Part shown: piece after piece, positions 8,790 through 17,444 of the stretch
How the letters are laid out: each line of letters begins with the position of its first letter
Position numbering within the stretch: position 1 is the first letter of the stretch
Assembly (NCBI RefSeq): GCF_000307735.3
Contig: NZ_AMPR02000135.1
Coordinates: 6,345 to 38,344, forward strand
Length of the DNA: 32,000 nt
Direction: 5' to 3'
Origin: Cupriavidus sp. HPC(L)
Lineage (GTDB): Bacteria; Pseudomonadota; Gammaproteobacteria; Burkholderiales; Burkholderiaceae
Translations under genes and position numbers: made by a program
Notes under the pieces: generated by a model
What the model was told of the DNA's origin: nothing
Seen by the model: only the letters and a program-made list of their open reading frames with translations
Database searches by the model: none

Positions 8790-8806
8790 GATACATTGCG
8801 ATACAC
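8790..8806 (-). promoter_or_regulatory. Direct repeat TGTAT-N5-TGTAT (minus-strand reading), a candidate response-regulator site
   Basis: The plus strand reads gATACAttgcgATACAc and the minus strand reads GTGTATCGCAATGTATC. The period is 10 bp. It lies about 115-130 nt upstream of the ccdA-like start, in the divergent ccdA/regulator intergenic region. Confidence 0.4.
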
Positions 8807-8902
8807 GCGGATTTGCCGTCCCCATACAATGCCGGGGCGGCAGGCATGGCGGTACGCCCTGTCGCGCACAGCTTGCTCTCCTTCAACCTGCCGGTGACAA
8901 CA

Positions 8903-9646
8903 ATGGACGCACACGTCGACCATATCCTCATCGTCGATGACGACCGGGAAATCCGGGAACTGGTCTCGACCTATCTGACCAAGAACGGTCTGCGCGTGAC
9001 GGTGGCGCCCGACGGCCGCCATATGCGCGCCTTCCTGGACGCCAATACCGTCGACCTGATCGTGCTCGACGTGATGTTGCCCGGCGACGATGGCCTGGTG
9101 CTGTGCCGCGAGCTGCGCGCCGGCAAGCACAAGTCCACGCCGGTGCTGATGCTGACCGCGCGCGACGACGAGACCGACCGCATCATCGGCCTTGAAATGG
9201 GCGCCGACGACTACCTTGCCAAGCCGTTTGCCGCGCGCGAACTGCTGGCCCGTATCAAGGCGGTGCTGCGCCGTACCCGCATGCTGCCGCCCAATCTGCA
9301 GATCACCGAGGCAGGGCAGATCCTCGCCTTCGGCACGTGGCAGCTCGATACCACCGCGCGCCATCTGATCGACGCCGAGGGCACCATTGTCGCGTTGAGC
9401 GGCGCGGAATACCGGCTGCTGCGCGTGTTCGTCGACCACCCGCAGCGCGTGCTCAATCGCGACCAGCTGCTGAACCTGACCCAGGGGAGGGAGGCCGAGA
9501 TGTTCGAGCGCTCGATCGACTTGCTGGTCAGCCGCCTGCGCCAGCGCCTGAACGACGATGCGCGCGAGCCGAGCTATATCAAGACCGTGCGTAGCGAGGG
9601 CTATGTCTTTGCCTCGCCGGTGGAAATCCGCGAGGCCCGGCAGTGA
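8903..9646 (+). CDS. OmpR/PhoB-family response regulator
   Basis: The protein starts MDAHVDHILIVDDDREIRELV. It has the receiver Asp (LIVLDVMLPG), KPF, and a winged-helix C-terminus (LSGAEYRLLRVF..., IKTVRSEGYVF). ORF 8705 carries a spurious N-terminal extension. Confidence 0.9.
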   Translation: MDAHVDHILIVDDDREIRELVSTYLTKNGLRVTVAPDGRHMRAFLDANTVDLIVLDVMLPGDDGLVLCRELRAGKHKSTPVLMLTARDDETDRIIGLEMGADDYLAKPFAARELLARIKAVLRRTRMLPPNLQITEAGQILAFGTWQLDTTARHLIDAEGTIVALSGAEYRLLRVFVDHPQRVLNRDQLLNLTQGREAEMFERSIDLLVSRLRQRLNDDAREPSYIKTVRSEGYVFASPVEIREARQ

Positions 9647-10944
9647 ACGCGCCCCGCTGGGCGTGGCCGCGCACGCTGCGATCGCGCCTGTTCCTGATCC
9701 TGCTGACCGGCCTGGTCGTCGCCCACGGCCTGTCGTTCGCGGTGCTGTTCTCCGAGCGGTATATGTCGGCCCGGCAGGTGATGCTTGGCACGCTGGAGAC
9801 CGACGTGGCCACGTCGATTGCCATCCTCGACCGCCTGCCGGCGGCGGAGCGGCCGCAGTGGCTGCCGCGCGTCAATCGCGGCAACTATCAGTACATCCTC
9901 GGCGAGGGTCTCCCCGGCGTGCCCGAGATGACGGCCCGCGGCAGGGATATCGCCGAACGGATCACCGAAGCGAGCGGAGGCCGCTTTCCGGTGCGGGTGG
10001 AATCGATCCCCGGCGACGGCAAGCGCGTGCAGGCCCATCTGACGCTGAGCGACGGCAGTCCGCTGACCATCGACGTGCATCCGCGCATGACGCCGATCGC
10101 GCAATGGCTGCCCTATGTGCTGATCCTGCAGCTGCTGTTGCTGATCCTGTGTTGCTGGTTCGCCGTGCGGCTGGCCATACGGCCGCTGGTCGCGCTCGGC
10201 GATGCCGCGGACGCACTCGATCCCAACACCCAATCGGCGCCGCTCGACGAGAGCGGCCCCACCGAACTGGCCCGCGCCGCGCGCGCATTCAATGCGATGC
10301 GGGGCCGCATCGCGCGCTTTGTCGAAGAACGGGTGCAGATCCTCGCCGCGATCTCGCACGATCTGCAGACGCCGATCACACGGATGAAGCTGCGTGCCGA
10401 AATGGCCGACGACTCGGACGACAAGCGCAAGATGCTGAACGACCTGTCCGAGATCCAGACGCTGGTCCAGGAAGGGCTGGCGTACGCCCGCAGTGCGCAC
10501 GGCGATGGCGAGAAGCCGTCGCGGATCGACCTGGGCTCCTTTGTCGAGAGCCTGGCCTACGACTATCAGGACACCGGCAAGGCCGTCACGATGCTGCAGA
10601 ACGCCGGCGGAGCCATCGTCACGCGGCCGCATGCATTGCGGCGCGTGCTGACCAACCTGATCGACAACGCGCTGAAGTTCGGTGGGTCGGCGGAACTGAG
10701 CGTGCGCCGGGACGGGGACACGGTGGCCATCGAGGTGCTCGATCGCGGCACCGGTATTCCGGACGACCAGCTCGAGGCCGTGCTCAAGCCCTTCGTGCGC
10801 CTGGAGCAGTCGCGCAGCCGGGAAACCGGCGGTACCGGCCTGGGCCTGGCGATCGCCCACGAGCTGACGGCGGCCATCGGCGGCACGCTGACGCTGCGCA
10901 ATCGGGAGGGGGGCGGCCTGGCGGCCGAAGTCAAGCTGGGCTGA
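9643..10944 (+). CDS. Sensor histidine kinase: 2 TM helices, periplasmic domain, HAMP, HisKA, HATPase_c
   Basis: The GTG start overlaps the regulator stop (GTGA). The H-box is AAISHDLQTPIT, the N-box is LTNLIDNALKF, and the G-boxes are DRGTGIP and GGTGLGLAIA. Confidence 0.9.
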   Translation: MNAPRWAWPRTLRSRLFLILLTGLVVAHGLSFAVLFSERYMSARQVMLGTLETDVATSIAILDRLPAAERPQWLPRVNRGNYQYILGEGLPGVPEMTARGRDIAERITEASGGRFPVRVESIPGDGKRVQAHLTLSDGSPLTIDVHPRMTPIAQWLPYVLILQLLLLILCCWFAVRLAIRPLVALGDAADALDPNTQSAPLDESGPTELARAARAFNAMRGRIARFVEERVQILAAISHDLQTPITRMKLRAEMADDSDDKRKMLNDLSEIQTLVQEGLAYARSAHGDGEKPSRIDLGSFVESLAYDYQDTGKAVTMLQNAGGAIVTRPHALRRVLTNLIDNALKFGGSAELSVRRDGDTVAIEVLDRGTGIPDDQLEAVLKPFVRLEQSRSRETGGTGLGLAIAHELTAAIGGTLTLRNREGGGLAAEVKLG

Positions 10945-10969
10945 CGTAACGGTCCCTTCTTCCTGCGAC

Positions 10970-10997
10970 ATCGGCTCCTCGGGGCCGATTTTTTTTG
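10970..10997 (+). terminator. Rho-independent terminator after the kinase gene
   Basis: The stem is atcggc / gccgat with loop tcctcggg, followed by a run of 9 T. Confidence 0.75.
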
Positions 10998-11003
10998 CCC
11001 GCT

Positions 11004-11020
11004 TTGTATGCCTTTGTATC
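11004..11020 (+). promoter_or_regulatory. Direct repeat TGTAT-N5-TGTAT, a candidate response-regulator site
   Basis: The sequence is cTTTGTATgccTTTGTATc with a 10-bp period, about 170-185 nt upstream of the DPY-repeat gene. It has the same orientation relative to its gene as the 8790-8806 site. Confidence 0.4.
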
Positions 11021-11187
11021 TCGCGTCCGCGGCGATACGCACCCAGACAAAAACGGCCCTTGCCCGCTACGGGCGCGATACGTCGGTCGCCTTAAATGGC
11101 ATCCGTGGCCCGGCGCTGAACGACAACGAAGCGATCCGGACCGCGCGATACCAACCCGCAACGCAATCTCTTTCAAAGGAAACCATC

Positions 11188-11538
11188 ATGACCGCCCAAT
11201 TCGCCAAGCGCTTTGTTTTTGCCCTGTCGCTCGCCGCCGCTGCCGCCGGCGCGCAAGCCGCCAGCTTCGCCCAGCCCGGTGCGCGGGACCCCTACACCGA
11301 GGGCGCCCGCTCGGTGGCCGATGCTCGCGACCCGTACAGCAGCGGCGCCCGCTCGGCGCAGGAGCCGCGCAGCGTCTACAGCGACGGCGCGCGCCAGACC
11401 GATCCGTACAGCGACGGTGCCCGCCAGTTCGACCCGTACAGCGACGGCGCTCGTACGCTGGCCGGACAGGACCGTACCGGCGTCTCGGCCGAACCTGCGC
11501 GCAGCGCCGACCCGTATCTGGACGGCGCCTACGCCTGA
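11188..11538 (+). CDS. Small secreted repeat protein with six (D/S)(P/V)Y-x-(D/E/S)GA(R/Y) repeats
   Basis: ATG 11188 has AAAGGAAA upstream. The signal peptide is MTAQFAKRFVFALSLAAAAAGAQA. Repeats follow: DPYTEGAR, DPYSSGAR, SVYSDGAR, DPYSDGAR x2 and DPYLDGAY. The ORF-track start at 11008 is an upstream extension. Confidence 0.75.
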   Translation: MTAQFAKRFVFALSLAAAAAGAQAASFAQPGARDPYTEGARSVADARDPYSSGARSAQEPRSVYSDGARQTDPYSDGARQFDPYSDGARTLAGQDRTGVSAEPARSADPYLDGAYA

Positions 11539-11604
11539 CCGCCCGGCCCGCGAAATCACCATCATCGAACGCAACCCATTGATCGAATCAGCGAGGGAAC
11601 CCGA

Positions 11605-12048
11605 ATGACCCAAACGTCCCAAACAACCCAGATGGCCCGGATCGACAAGGTGCTGTACACCGGCAAGACCCGCACCACCGGCGGACGCGACGGCGAGGCG
11701 CACAGCGACGACGGCCGGTTGAACATCAAGCTGTCACCGCCGGGAAGCAAGGGCGCCGGCACCAACCCGGAGCAGCTGTTCGCCGCGGGCTGGTCGGCCT
11801 GCTTCATCGGCGCGCTGGGCAAGGCCGCCAGCAAGCTGAACGTCGCGCTGCCGTCCGCCCCGTCGGTCGACGCCGAGGTCGACCTGGCGATGGCCGGCCA
11901 GGCCTTCCTGCTGCAGGCCCGACTGCACGTGCATATCCCCGGGGTGGACAGCGAAGTGGGGCGGGCCCTGGTCGAGACCGCGCACGGCATTTGCCCGTAC
12001 TCGAAGGCAACGCGCGGAAACATCCACGTGGAGACCGTGCTGGTCTGA
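11605..12048 (+). CDS. ohr: Ohr-family organic hydroperoxide resistance peroxidase (OsmC/Ohr superfamily)
   Basis: GAGGGA lies upstream. Motifs are GTNPEQLFAAGWSACF and AHGICPYSKATRGNI, the two catalytic Cys contexts typical of Ohr. Confidence 0.9.
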   Translation: MTQTSQTTQMARIDKVLYTGKTRTTGGRDGEAHSDDGRLNIKLSPPGSKGAGTNPEQLFAAGWSACFIGALGKAASKLNVALPSAPSVDAEVDLAMAGQAFLLQARLHVHIPGVDSEVGRALVETAHGICPYSKATRGNIHVETVLV

Positions 12049-12147
12049 GCGTGCAAGGGCCCGCTGCCGGTCGATCGATCGGCAAGCGTGGCCGCTTCCC
12101 CGGTCCGCAAGCCGCCTCCTCTTATCCATTTCGACCTGTCCGACATC

Positions 12148-12714
12148 ATGCGCACGCTTCTCGCTTCCACATTGGCCGCCGCCGGCATCGCCGCGGTCTG
12201 TTTCGTCGGCAATGGCGCCAACGCCGTTGGTTCCGGCGTTGGTTCCGCATTTGGGTTCACGATCCCGAACCAAACCAAAGCCCCCGAATTCGTCGGCATC
12301 GACCGCTGGCTGAACTCACAGCCGCTGTCGATGCAGGGCCTGCGCGGCAAGGTCGTGCTGGTCGACTTCTGGACCTATTCCTGCATCAATTGCATCAACA
12401 CGCTGCCCTACGTCAAGCAGTGGCACGACAAGTACAAGGACCAGGGGCTGGTCGTGGTCGGCGTGCATACGCCCGAGTTTCCGTTCGAAAAGTCGACCGC
12501 CAACGTGCAGGCCGCGATCAAGCGTTTCGATATCCGCTATCCGGTCGCGCAGGACAATGGCTACGCGACATGGTCGGCCTATCACAATCGATACTGGCCC
12601 GCGCTCTATCTCGTCGATGCGGAAGGCAGGATCGTCTACCAGCATTTCGGCGAGGGGCAGTACGCGGAAACGGAGGCAGCAATCCGCAATGCGCTGGCGC
12701 AGCGCAAGCAATAA
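12148..12714 (+). CDS. Exported thioredoxin-like protein (DipZ C-terminal / redoxin type), CxxC = C-I-N-C
   Basis: I chose ATG 12148. The signal sequence is MRTLLASTLAAAGIAAVCFVGNGANA. The core is GKVVLVDFWTYSCINCINTLPYV..W..KY...GLVVVGVHTPEF.FEK. Confidence 0.85.
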   Translation: MRTLLASTLAAAGIAAVCFVGNGANAVGSGVGSAFGFTIPNQTKAPEFVGIDRWLNSQPLSMQGLRGKVVLVDFWTYSCINCINTLPYVKQWHDKYKDQGLVVVGVHTPEFPFEKSTANVQAAIKRFDIRYPVAQDNGYATWSAYHNRYWPALYLVDAEGRIVYQHFGEGQYAETEAAIRNALAQRKQ

Positions 12715-12883
12715 GGGCCATGTCTGCGCCGGGGCGTCGCGCAGCGCCCCGGGAAATATGGGGAATACGGGGAATCGCCCGGATGGCGCGCGATGCCAGG
12801 ATGTGGCCCAATGCCTGCGAACCCGCCGGTCCCGACGCAGGGGCCGAGCCGGATTCCGATCATCACATCACAGGAGACTTCGA

Positions 12884-13930
12884 ATGAAGCCACGCCGCGC
12901 CCTGCTCAGCATGCTGTTGTTTGCATCCGCCACCGCCTTTGCGCAAGGCAAGCCCGTGGTGCAGTTCATCGCCACGGGCGGCACCATCGCGATGAAGATC
13001 GACCCGGTCAAGAATGCGCCGGTGCCGGCGATCTCCGGCGACGACTTGCTGGCCACGGTGCCCGACATCGGCAAGTACGCCACCATCCAGGTCAATAATC
13101 TGTCCAACGTGCCGTCGGACTATATGGACCCGCCGCGCTGGGTCGCGCTGACCCGGGCCGTGCAGGCTTCGCTGGACCGGCCTGACGTCGCCGGGGTCAT
13201 CGTGTCGCACGGCACCGATACGCTGGAAGAAACCGCATACTGGCTCGACTTGACGGTGCGCTCGGACAAGCCGGTCGTGCTGATCGGCGCGCAGCGCAAC
13301 GCGTCTTCGCCGGACTTCGACGGCCCCCGCAATCTGCTGAACGCCGCCCGCATCGCCGTCGACGAGCAATCGAAGGGCAAGGGCGTGATGCTGGCGATGA
13401 ACAATCAGATCAATGCCGCCCGCTACGTCACCAAGACCCACACCGCGAACGTCGAGACGTTCAATTCGGGTGATTTCGGCTTTATCGGCGAGGTCTATCC
13501 GGATCGGGTGATTTACTCGAGCACGCCATCGCGCCGCCAGCATATTCCGATCCAGACCGACAAGATGCCCGAGGTCGAAATCGTCGCGATGTACGGCGGC
13601 GCCGATGGCGCTGCGCTGCGCAACGCCGTCGATCGCGGCGTCAAGGGCATCGTGGTGCAGGCGCTGGGCATGGGCAACATGAATCAGCCGATGTTCGAGG
13701 CCGTCAAATATGCGCTGTCCAGGCAGGTGCCGGTCGTGATCTCGACGCGGGTGCACAACGGACGCGTTCTGCCGAACTATGGCTTCGTCGGCGGCGGCAA
13801 GACCACGTTCGACGCCGGCGCGGTGATGGCCGACGATCTGAAGCCGGCCAAGGCGCGCATCCTGCTGATGCTGCTGTTGCAGCGAGGCGTGACCAGCCAG
13901 GCCGACCTGCAGGCGGCGTTCAGCCGCTAA
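12884..13930 (+). CDS. ansB: Periplasmic type II L-asparaginase / glutaminase-asparaginase
   Basis: ATG 12884 has CAGGAGA upstream and a signal peptide. Motifs are ATGGTIAM, VVSHGTDTLEETAYWL and GAQRN. ORF 12557 is an upstream extension. Confidence 0.9.
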   Translation: MKPRRALLSMLLFASATAFAQGKPVVQFIATGGTIAMKIDPVKNAPVPAISGDDLLATVPDIGKYATIQVNNLSNVPSDYMDPPRWVALTRAVQASLDRPDVAGVIVSHGTDTLEETAYWLDLTVRSDKPVVLIGAQRNASSPDFDGPRNLLNAARIAVDEQSKGKGVMLAMNNQINAARYVTKTHTANVETFNSGDFGFIGEVYPDRVIYSSTPSRRQHIPIQTDKMPEVEIVAMYGGADGAALRNAVDRGVKGIVVQALGMGNMNQPMFEAVKYALSRQVPVVISTRVHNGRVLPNYGFVGGGKTTFDAGAVMADDLKPAKARILLMLLLQRGVTSQADLQAAFSR

Positions 13931-13951
13931 GGCTTGGCGAGAAGATAGAGG

Positions 13952-14884
13952 CTATGCGGCCGGTGGCCAGATCCAGCCCGGCCACCGCCGCTTCAGCCGG
14001 TCGGCGACGATGCCGACCTCCACCATGGCCTGCGCCGCGATTTCCGACGGCGGCGACGTCTTGCGGCTGACCAGGCCAACGGACCGCACCGGCCCATCGA
14101 CGATCTCCGCCACCCGCATGCCCTTCAGCGACAGCAGCGGCATGATGCCGAGATAGGGCAGCACCGCGATGCCAAGCCCTTCCTTGACGAAGCCTGCAAT
14201 GGTGCCGATCTGGTCCAGCTGGAGCTTCGGGCGGAACTGCACGCCGCGCTGCAGGAACGCGGCGCTCATGTATTTCATCGCGGTGCTGCGGTCGGTCATG
14301 CTGATGAGCGGCAGGCCGGCGAGTTCGTCCATATGCATGCGCTTGCGCAAGGGTTTGCGCCACTGCGCCGGAGCGAGCAGCACAAAGCGATCGCGCAGGA
14401 TCTCCCGGAACAGCAGGTCAGGGTTGGAGGGCGACGCGGAGGCCAGCGCGAAGTCGACCTGATAGTCGATCACGCGCTGTACCGCGGCCTGATCCGCGCA
14501 GTCGTGCACCGCGATCTGCGCATGCGGATAGCGCCGTTCCAGCGCCGCACAGACGCCGGGCAACAGCACGTTGGCAAGGGATGGCAGCGCCGCGATCGAC
14601 AGCCGCTGCGCCTCCTGTTCCGCGCGGCTCTGCAGATGCCGCAGGCCGGAATCGAACTCGCCGACGATGCGGCGGGCCATCGGCACCAGCTGCTCGCCGG
14701 CCGGCGTCAGCCGGACGCTGCGCGTCGATCGTTCGAACAGCGCGATGCCCAGTTCCTCCTCCATCTCCTTGACCGCCTTGCTCAACGACGGCTGCGTGAC
14801 GAAAAACTGCTCGGCGGTGCGGCTGAAATTCAGCGATTGCGCCAGTGCCAGGAAGATCCGCAGTTGGCGGGGTGTGATATTCAT
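13952..14884 (-). CDS. LysR-family transcriptional regulator
   Basis: The N-terminal HTH is MNITPRQLRIFLALAQSLNFSRTAEQFFVTQPSLSKAVKEMEEELG. A LysR substrate-binding domain follows. It is divergent from the SDR operon. Confidence 0.9.
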   Translation of the reverse strand: MNITPRQLRIFLALAQSLNFSRTAEQFFVTQPSLSKAVKEMEEELGIALFERSTRSVRLTPAGEQLVPMARRIVGEFDSGLRHLQSRAEQEAQRLSIAALPSLANVLLPGVCAALERRYPHAQIAVHDCADQAAVQRVIDYQVDFALASASPSNPDLLFREILRDRFVLLAPAQWRKPLRKRMHMDELAGLPLISMTDRSTAMKYMSAAFLQRGVQFRPKLQLDQIGTIAGFVKEGLGIAVLPYLGIMPLLSLKGMRVAEIVDGPVRSVGLVSRKTSPPSEIAAQAMVEVGIVADRLKRRWPGWIWPPAA

Positions 14885-14891
14885 TCTTCGG

Positions 14892-14909
14892 GTCTATCAA
14901 TCTATAGAC
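14892..14909. promoter_or_regulatory. LysR-type inverted repeat in the divergent promoter
   Basis: The sequence is GTCTATcaatctATAGAC with 6-bp perfect arms. It starts 8 nt from the LysR start codon. Confidence 0.4.
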
Positions 14910-15001
14910 AAAGGGAATTTCCGCAATAAATGTAGTCTCCCTAGAATGGGCCGCGCAAGCGATTGCGGGATTTCCTTGCGGACCTGGACAACGGAGACGA
15001 G

Positions 15002-15796
15002 ATGCTGGATCTGAACGGCAAGGTGGCGCTGATCATGGGATGCGGCGCCGTCGCCGAAGGGTGGGGGAACGGGCGCGCCACCGCGATGCTGATGGCGCGG
15101 CAGGGGGCGCGGGTGTTCGGCACGGACCTGCATCTGGGCCATGCGGTGCGCACGCGCGAACTGATCGTCGCCGAAGGCTACGATGCCGATGTGGTCGCGT
15201 GCGACAGCACCAGCGCGGAGCAGGTCGAGGACGCGGTGCGGGCCTGCCTGTCGCGCCATGGCCGTATCGATATCCTGGTCAACAACGTTGGCCTGTCGCA
15301 GCCCGGCGGTCCCGTCGACATGGACGAAGCCGTCTGGGATGCGCAGATGCAGGTGAACCTGAAGGGCGCGTTCCTGGCGTGCAAGCACGTCCTGCCGATC
15401 ATGAAGCAGCAGGGCGGCGGTGCGGTCGTCAATATCGCCTCGGTGGCCGGGCTGCGGTATGTCGGCAAGCCGCAGGTTGCCTATGCCGCGGCCAAGGCGG
15501 GCCTGATGCATTTCACGCGGACGACCGCGGTGATTCACGCGCCGGACAACATCCGGCTGAACTGCGTGGTGCCCGGACTGATGCATACCCCGTTGATCGA
15601 AGGGCTGGCCGCCAAGTATGCCGGCGGCGATACGCAGGCGTTCATTGCGCACCGGCATGGCCAGGTTCCCATGCAGCGGATGGGCGATGGCTGGGACACC
15701 GCGCACGCGGTGCTGTTTCTGGCAGCCGACGAGAGCCGCTATATCACCGGCACCGAGATCGTCGTCGACGGCGGGCTCGTTGCCGCGACGCGATAG
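15002..15796 (+). CDS. SDR-family oxidoreductase
   Basis: The protein starts MLDLNGKVALIMGCG. It has NNVG, S..(13)..YAAAKAG (YxxxK) and the C-terminal YITGTEIVVDGG. Confidence 0.85.
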   Translation: MLDLNGKVALIMGCGAVAEGWGNGRATAMLMARQGARVFGTDLHLGHAVRTRELIVAEGYDADVVACDSTSAEQVEDAVRACLSRHGRIDILVNNVGLSQPGGPVDMDEAVWDAQMQVNLKGAFLACKHVLPIMKQQGGGAVVNIASVAGLRYVGKPQVAYAAAKAGLMHFTRTTAVIHAPDNIRLNCVVPGLMHTPLIEGLAAKYAGGDTQAFIAHRHGQVPMQRMGDGWDTAHAVLFLAADESRYITGTEIVVDGGLVAATR

Positions 15797-15888
15797 CGGC
15801 TGCGTGCCGCTTGCATTGCAGTTCGATGCCGACAGGCATGCGGCAAGGCTCTCGCCAGCCTTGCCAACAATAACGACAGGAGACCACG

Positions 15889-16863
15889 ATGACTATCCTT
15901 CCCCGGCGCCTGTTCGGCGCCGCGGCGCTGGCCGCCGCTGCCCTCTTTCCCGCCGCTACCGCCTGGAGCCAGGCGTATCCGAGCCAGCCGATCCGGCTGA
16001 TCGTGCCGTTCGCGCCGGGCGGCGCGGTGGACCAGACCGCGCGCACGATTTCCGGCGCGCTGGGCAAGGAGCTGGGCCAGCCGATCGTCATCGAGAACAA
16101 GCCCGGTGCCAGCGGCTCGCTGGGCGCGGCCGATCTGGCACGGGCGAAGCCAGATGGCTATACGCTGATGCTGGCGCTGGATTCGCATGCGGTGAATCAC
16201 TACACGGTCAAGAACCTGCGCTTCGATACGTTCAAGTCGTTCGACTACCTGAGCCTGCTGGTCACGACGCCGCAGGTGCTGGTCGTCAACAACGCGTTGC
16301 CCGCCAACAATCTGGATCAGCTGGTGGCCTACCTGAAGGCCAATCCCAATACCTCGTATGGATCCGCGGGCACGGCGTCGGCCGGGCACGTCAACAGCGC
16401 GCAGCTGTCCATTGCCAGGCAGCTGGCGACGACTCATATCCCGTACAAGGGCGCGGCGCCGTTGCTGACCGACCTGCTTGGCGGCCATGTCCAGTACGCG
16501 TTCGCCGGCCTGTCGGTGATGCTGCCGCATATCAAGGCGGGCAAGGTCCGCGCGCTGGCGGTCAGCTCGCCGAAGCGGTCCGCGATGCTGCCCGACGTGC
16601 CGACGATGAGCGAGGCGATTCCGGGCTTCGAGTATCCGACCTGGATCGGCCTGGTCGCGCCGCAGGGCTTGCCGCCCGACGTTCGCGCGAAGCTGCTGGC
16701 CGCGACGCACAAGGTCATGCAAGATCCCGAGGTATCGAAGCGATTCGCAGAGAATGCGTTCGATATCGTCAACAGCAGTCCCGAGGCCTTTGCCGCCCGG
16801 GTCAAGAAGGACGCGGGCGCCATGGGCGATCTCGTGCGCCGCAAGGTGATCGTCGCGGAATAG
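15889..16863 (+). CDS. Bug-family (TctC-like) tripartite tricarboxylate transporter substrate-binding protein
   Basis: A signal peptide precedes AYPSQPIRLIVPFAPGGAVDQTAR and ENKPGASGSLGAADLARAKPDGYTL. Confidence 0.9.
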   Translation: MTILPRRLFGAAALAAAALFPAATAWSQAYPSQPIRLIVPFAPGGAVDQTARTISGALGKELGQPIVIENKPGASGSLGAADLARAKPDGYTLMLALDSHAVNHYTVKNLRFDTFKSFDYLSLLVTTPQVLVVNNALPANNLDQLVAYLKANPNTSYGSAGTASAGHVNSAQLSIARQLATTHIPYKGAAPLLTDLLGGHVQYAFAGLSVMLPHIKAGKVRALAVSSPKRSAMLPDVPTMSEAIPGFEYPTWIGLVAPQGLPPDVRAKLLAATHKVMQDPEVSKRFAENAFDIVNSSPEAFAARVKKDAGAMGDLVRRKVIVAE

Positions 16864-16901
16864 ACCACGCCGATTCCATTTATCCCACTACGGACCCAGA
16901 C

Positions 16902-17426
16902 ATGGCCGCCATTCCCTACGCCGATCTTTCGGCTCCCGACATCCAGCCGCTGGCCGAACGGATCGCCGCCGAGCGCGGCAGCGTGCTGCATCTCTATCAG
17001 ATGCTGCTGCACGCGCCGCCCGTGGCGGAAGGCTGGCTGACCTATCTGACCGCCATCCGCCAGAAGTCGAGCCTGCCGGGCGCGCTGCGCGAGATGGTGA
17101 TCATGCGCGTGGCGATTCTGAACGGTGCGTCGTACGAGGCCGACCAGCATGCGCCGATCGCGCTGAAGGAAGGCATGACGCAAGCCCAGCTCGATGCCTT
17201 GCCCGACTGGCGCGACAGCGCGCTGTTCGTCGATGTCGAGCGCGCGGTGCTTGCCTACACCGACGCGATGACGCGCGACATCCGCGTGGAGCCCGCCGTG
17301 TTTGCCGGGATCGCGCGGCACTTCTCGCATCGGCATGTGGTCGAACTGACCGCTACCATTGCCGCGTACAACATGGTGTCGCGCTTCCTGGAGGCGCTGC
17401 AGGTGCATTCGCACGACGCGAGGTAG
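16902..17426 (+). CDS. Carboxymuconolactone decarboxylase / AhpD-like family protein
   Basis: 174 aa. Features are LREMVIMRVAILNGASYEADQH and the helical CMD fold pattern. The upstream part of ORF 15618..17426 is spurious. Confidence 0.75.
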   Translation: MAAIPYADLSAPDIQPLAERIAAERGSVLHLYQMLLHAPPVAEGWLTYLTAIRQKSSLPGALREMVIMRVAILNGASYEADQHAPIALKEGMTQAQLDALPDWRDSALFVDVERAVLAYTDAMTRDIRVEPAVFAGIARHFSHRHVVELTATIAAYNMVSRFLEALQVHSHDAR

Positions 17427-17444
17427 TGTTGTGTTCGGGGGGGG

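Noticed and set aside
9601-10971. A 456-aa minus-strand ORF opposite the histidine kinase
   Set aside because: It is antisense to a gene with complete H, N and G boxes. No motif is recognisable.
11008-11187. The 60-aa N-terminal extension of the DPY-repeat ORF
   Set aside because: The extension has no SD and reads through the promoter and direct-repeat region. ATG 11188 has a good SD and yields a canonical signal peptide right at the N-terminus.
15618-16901. The upstream 428 aa of ORF 15618..17426
   Set aside because: It overlaps the SDR end and the whole Bug gene in another frame. Only the last 174 aa, from ATG 16902, look like a real AhpD/CMD-family protein.
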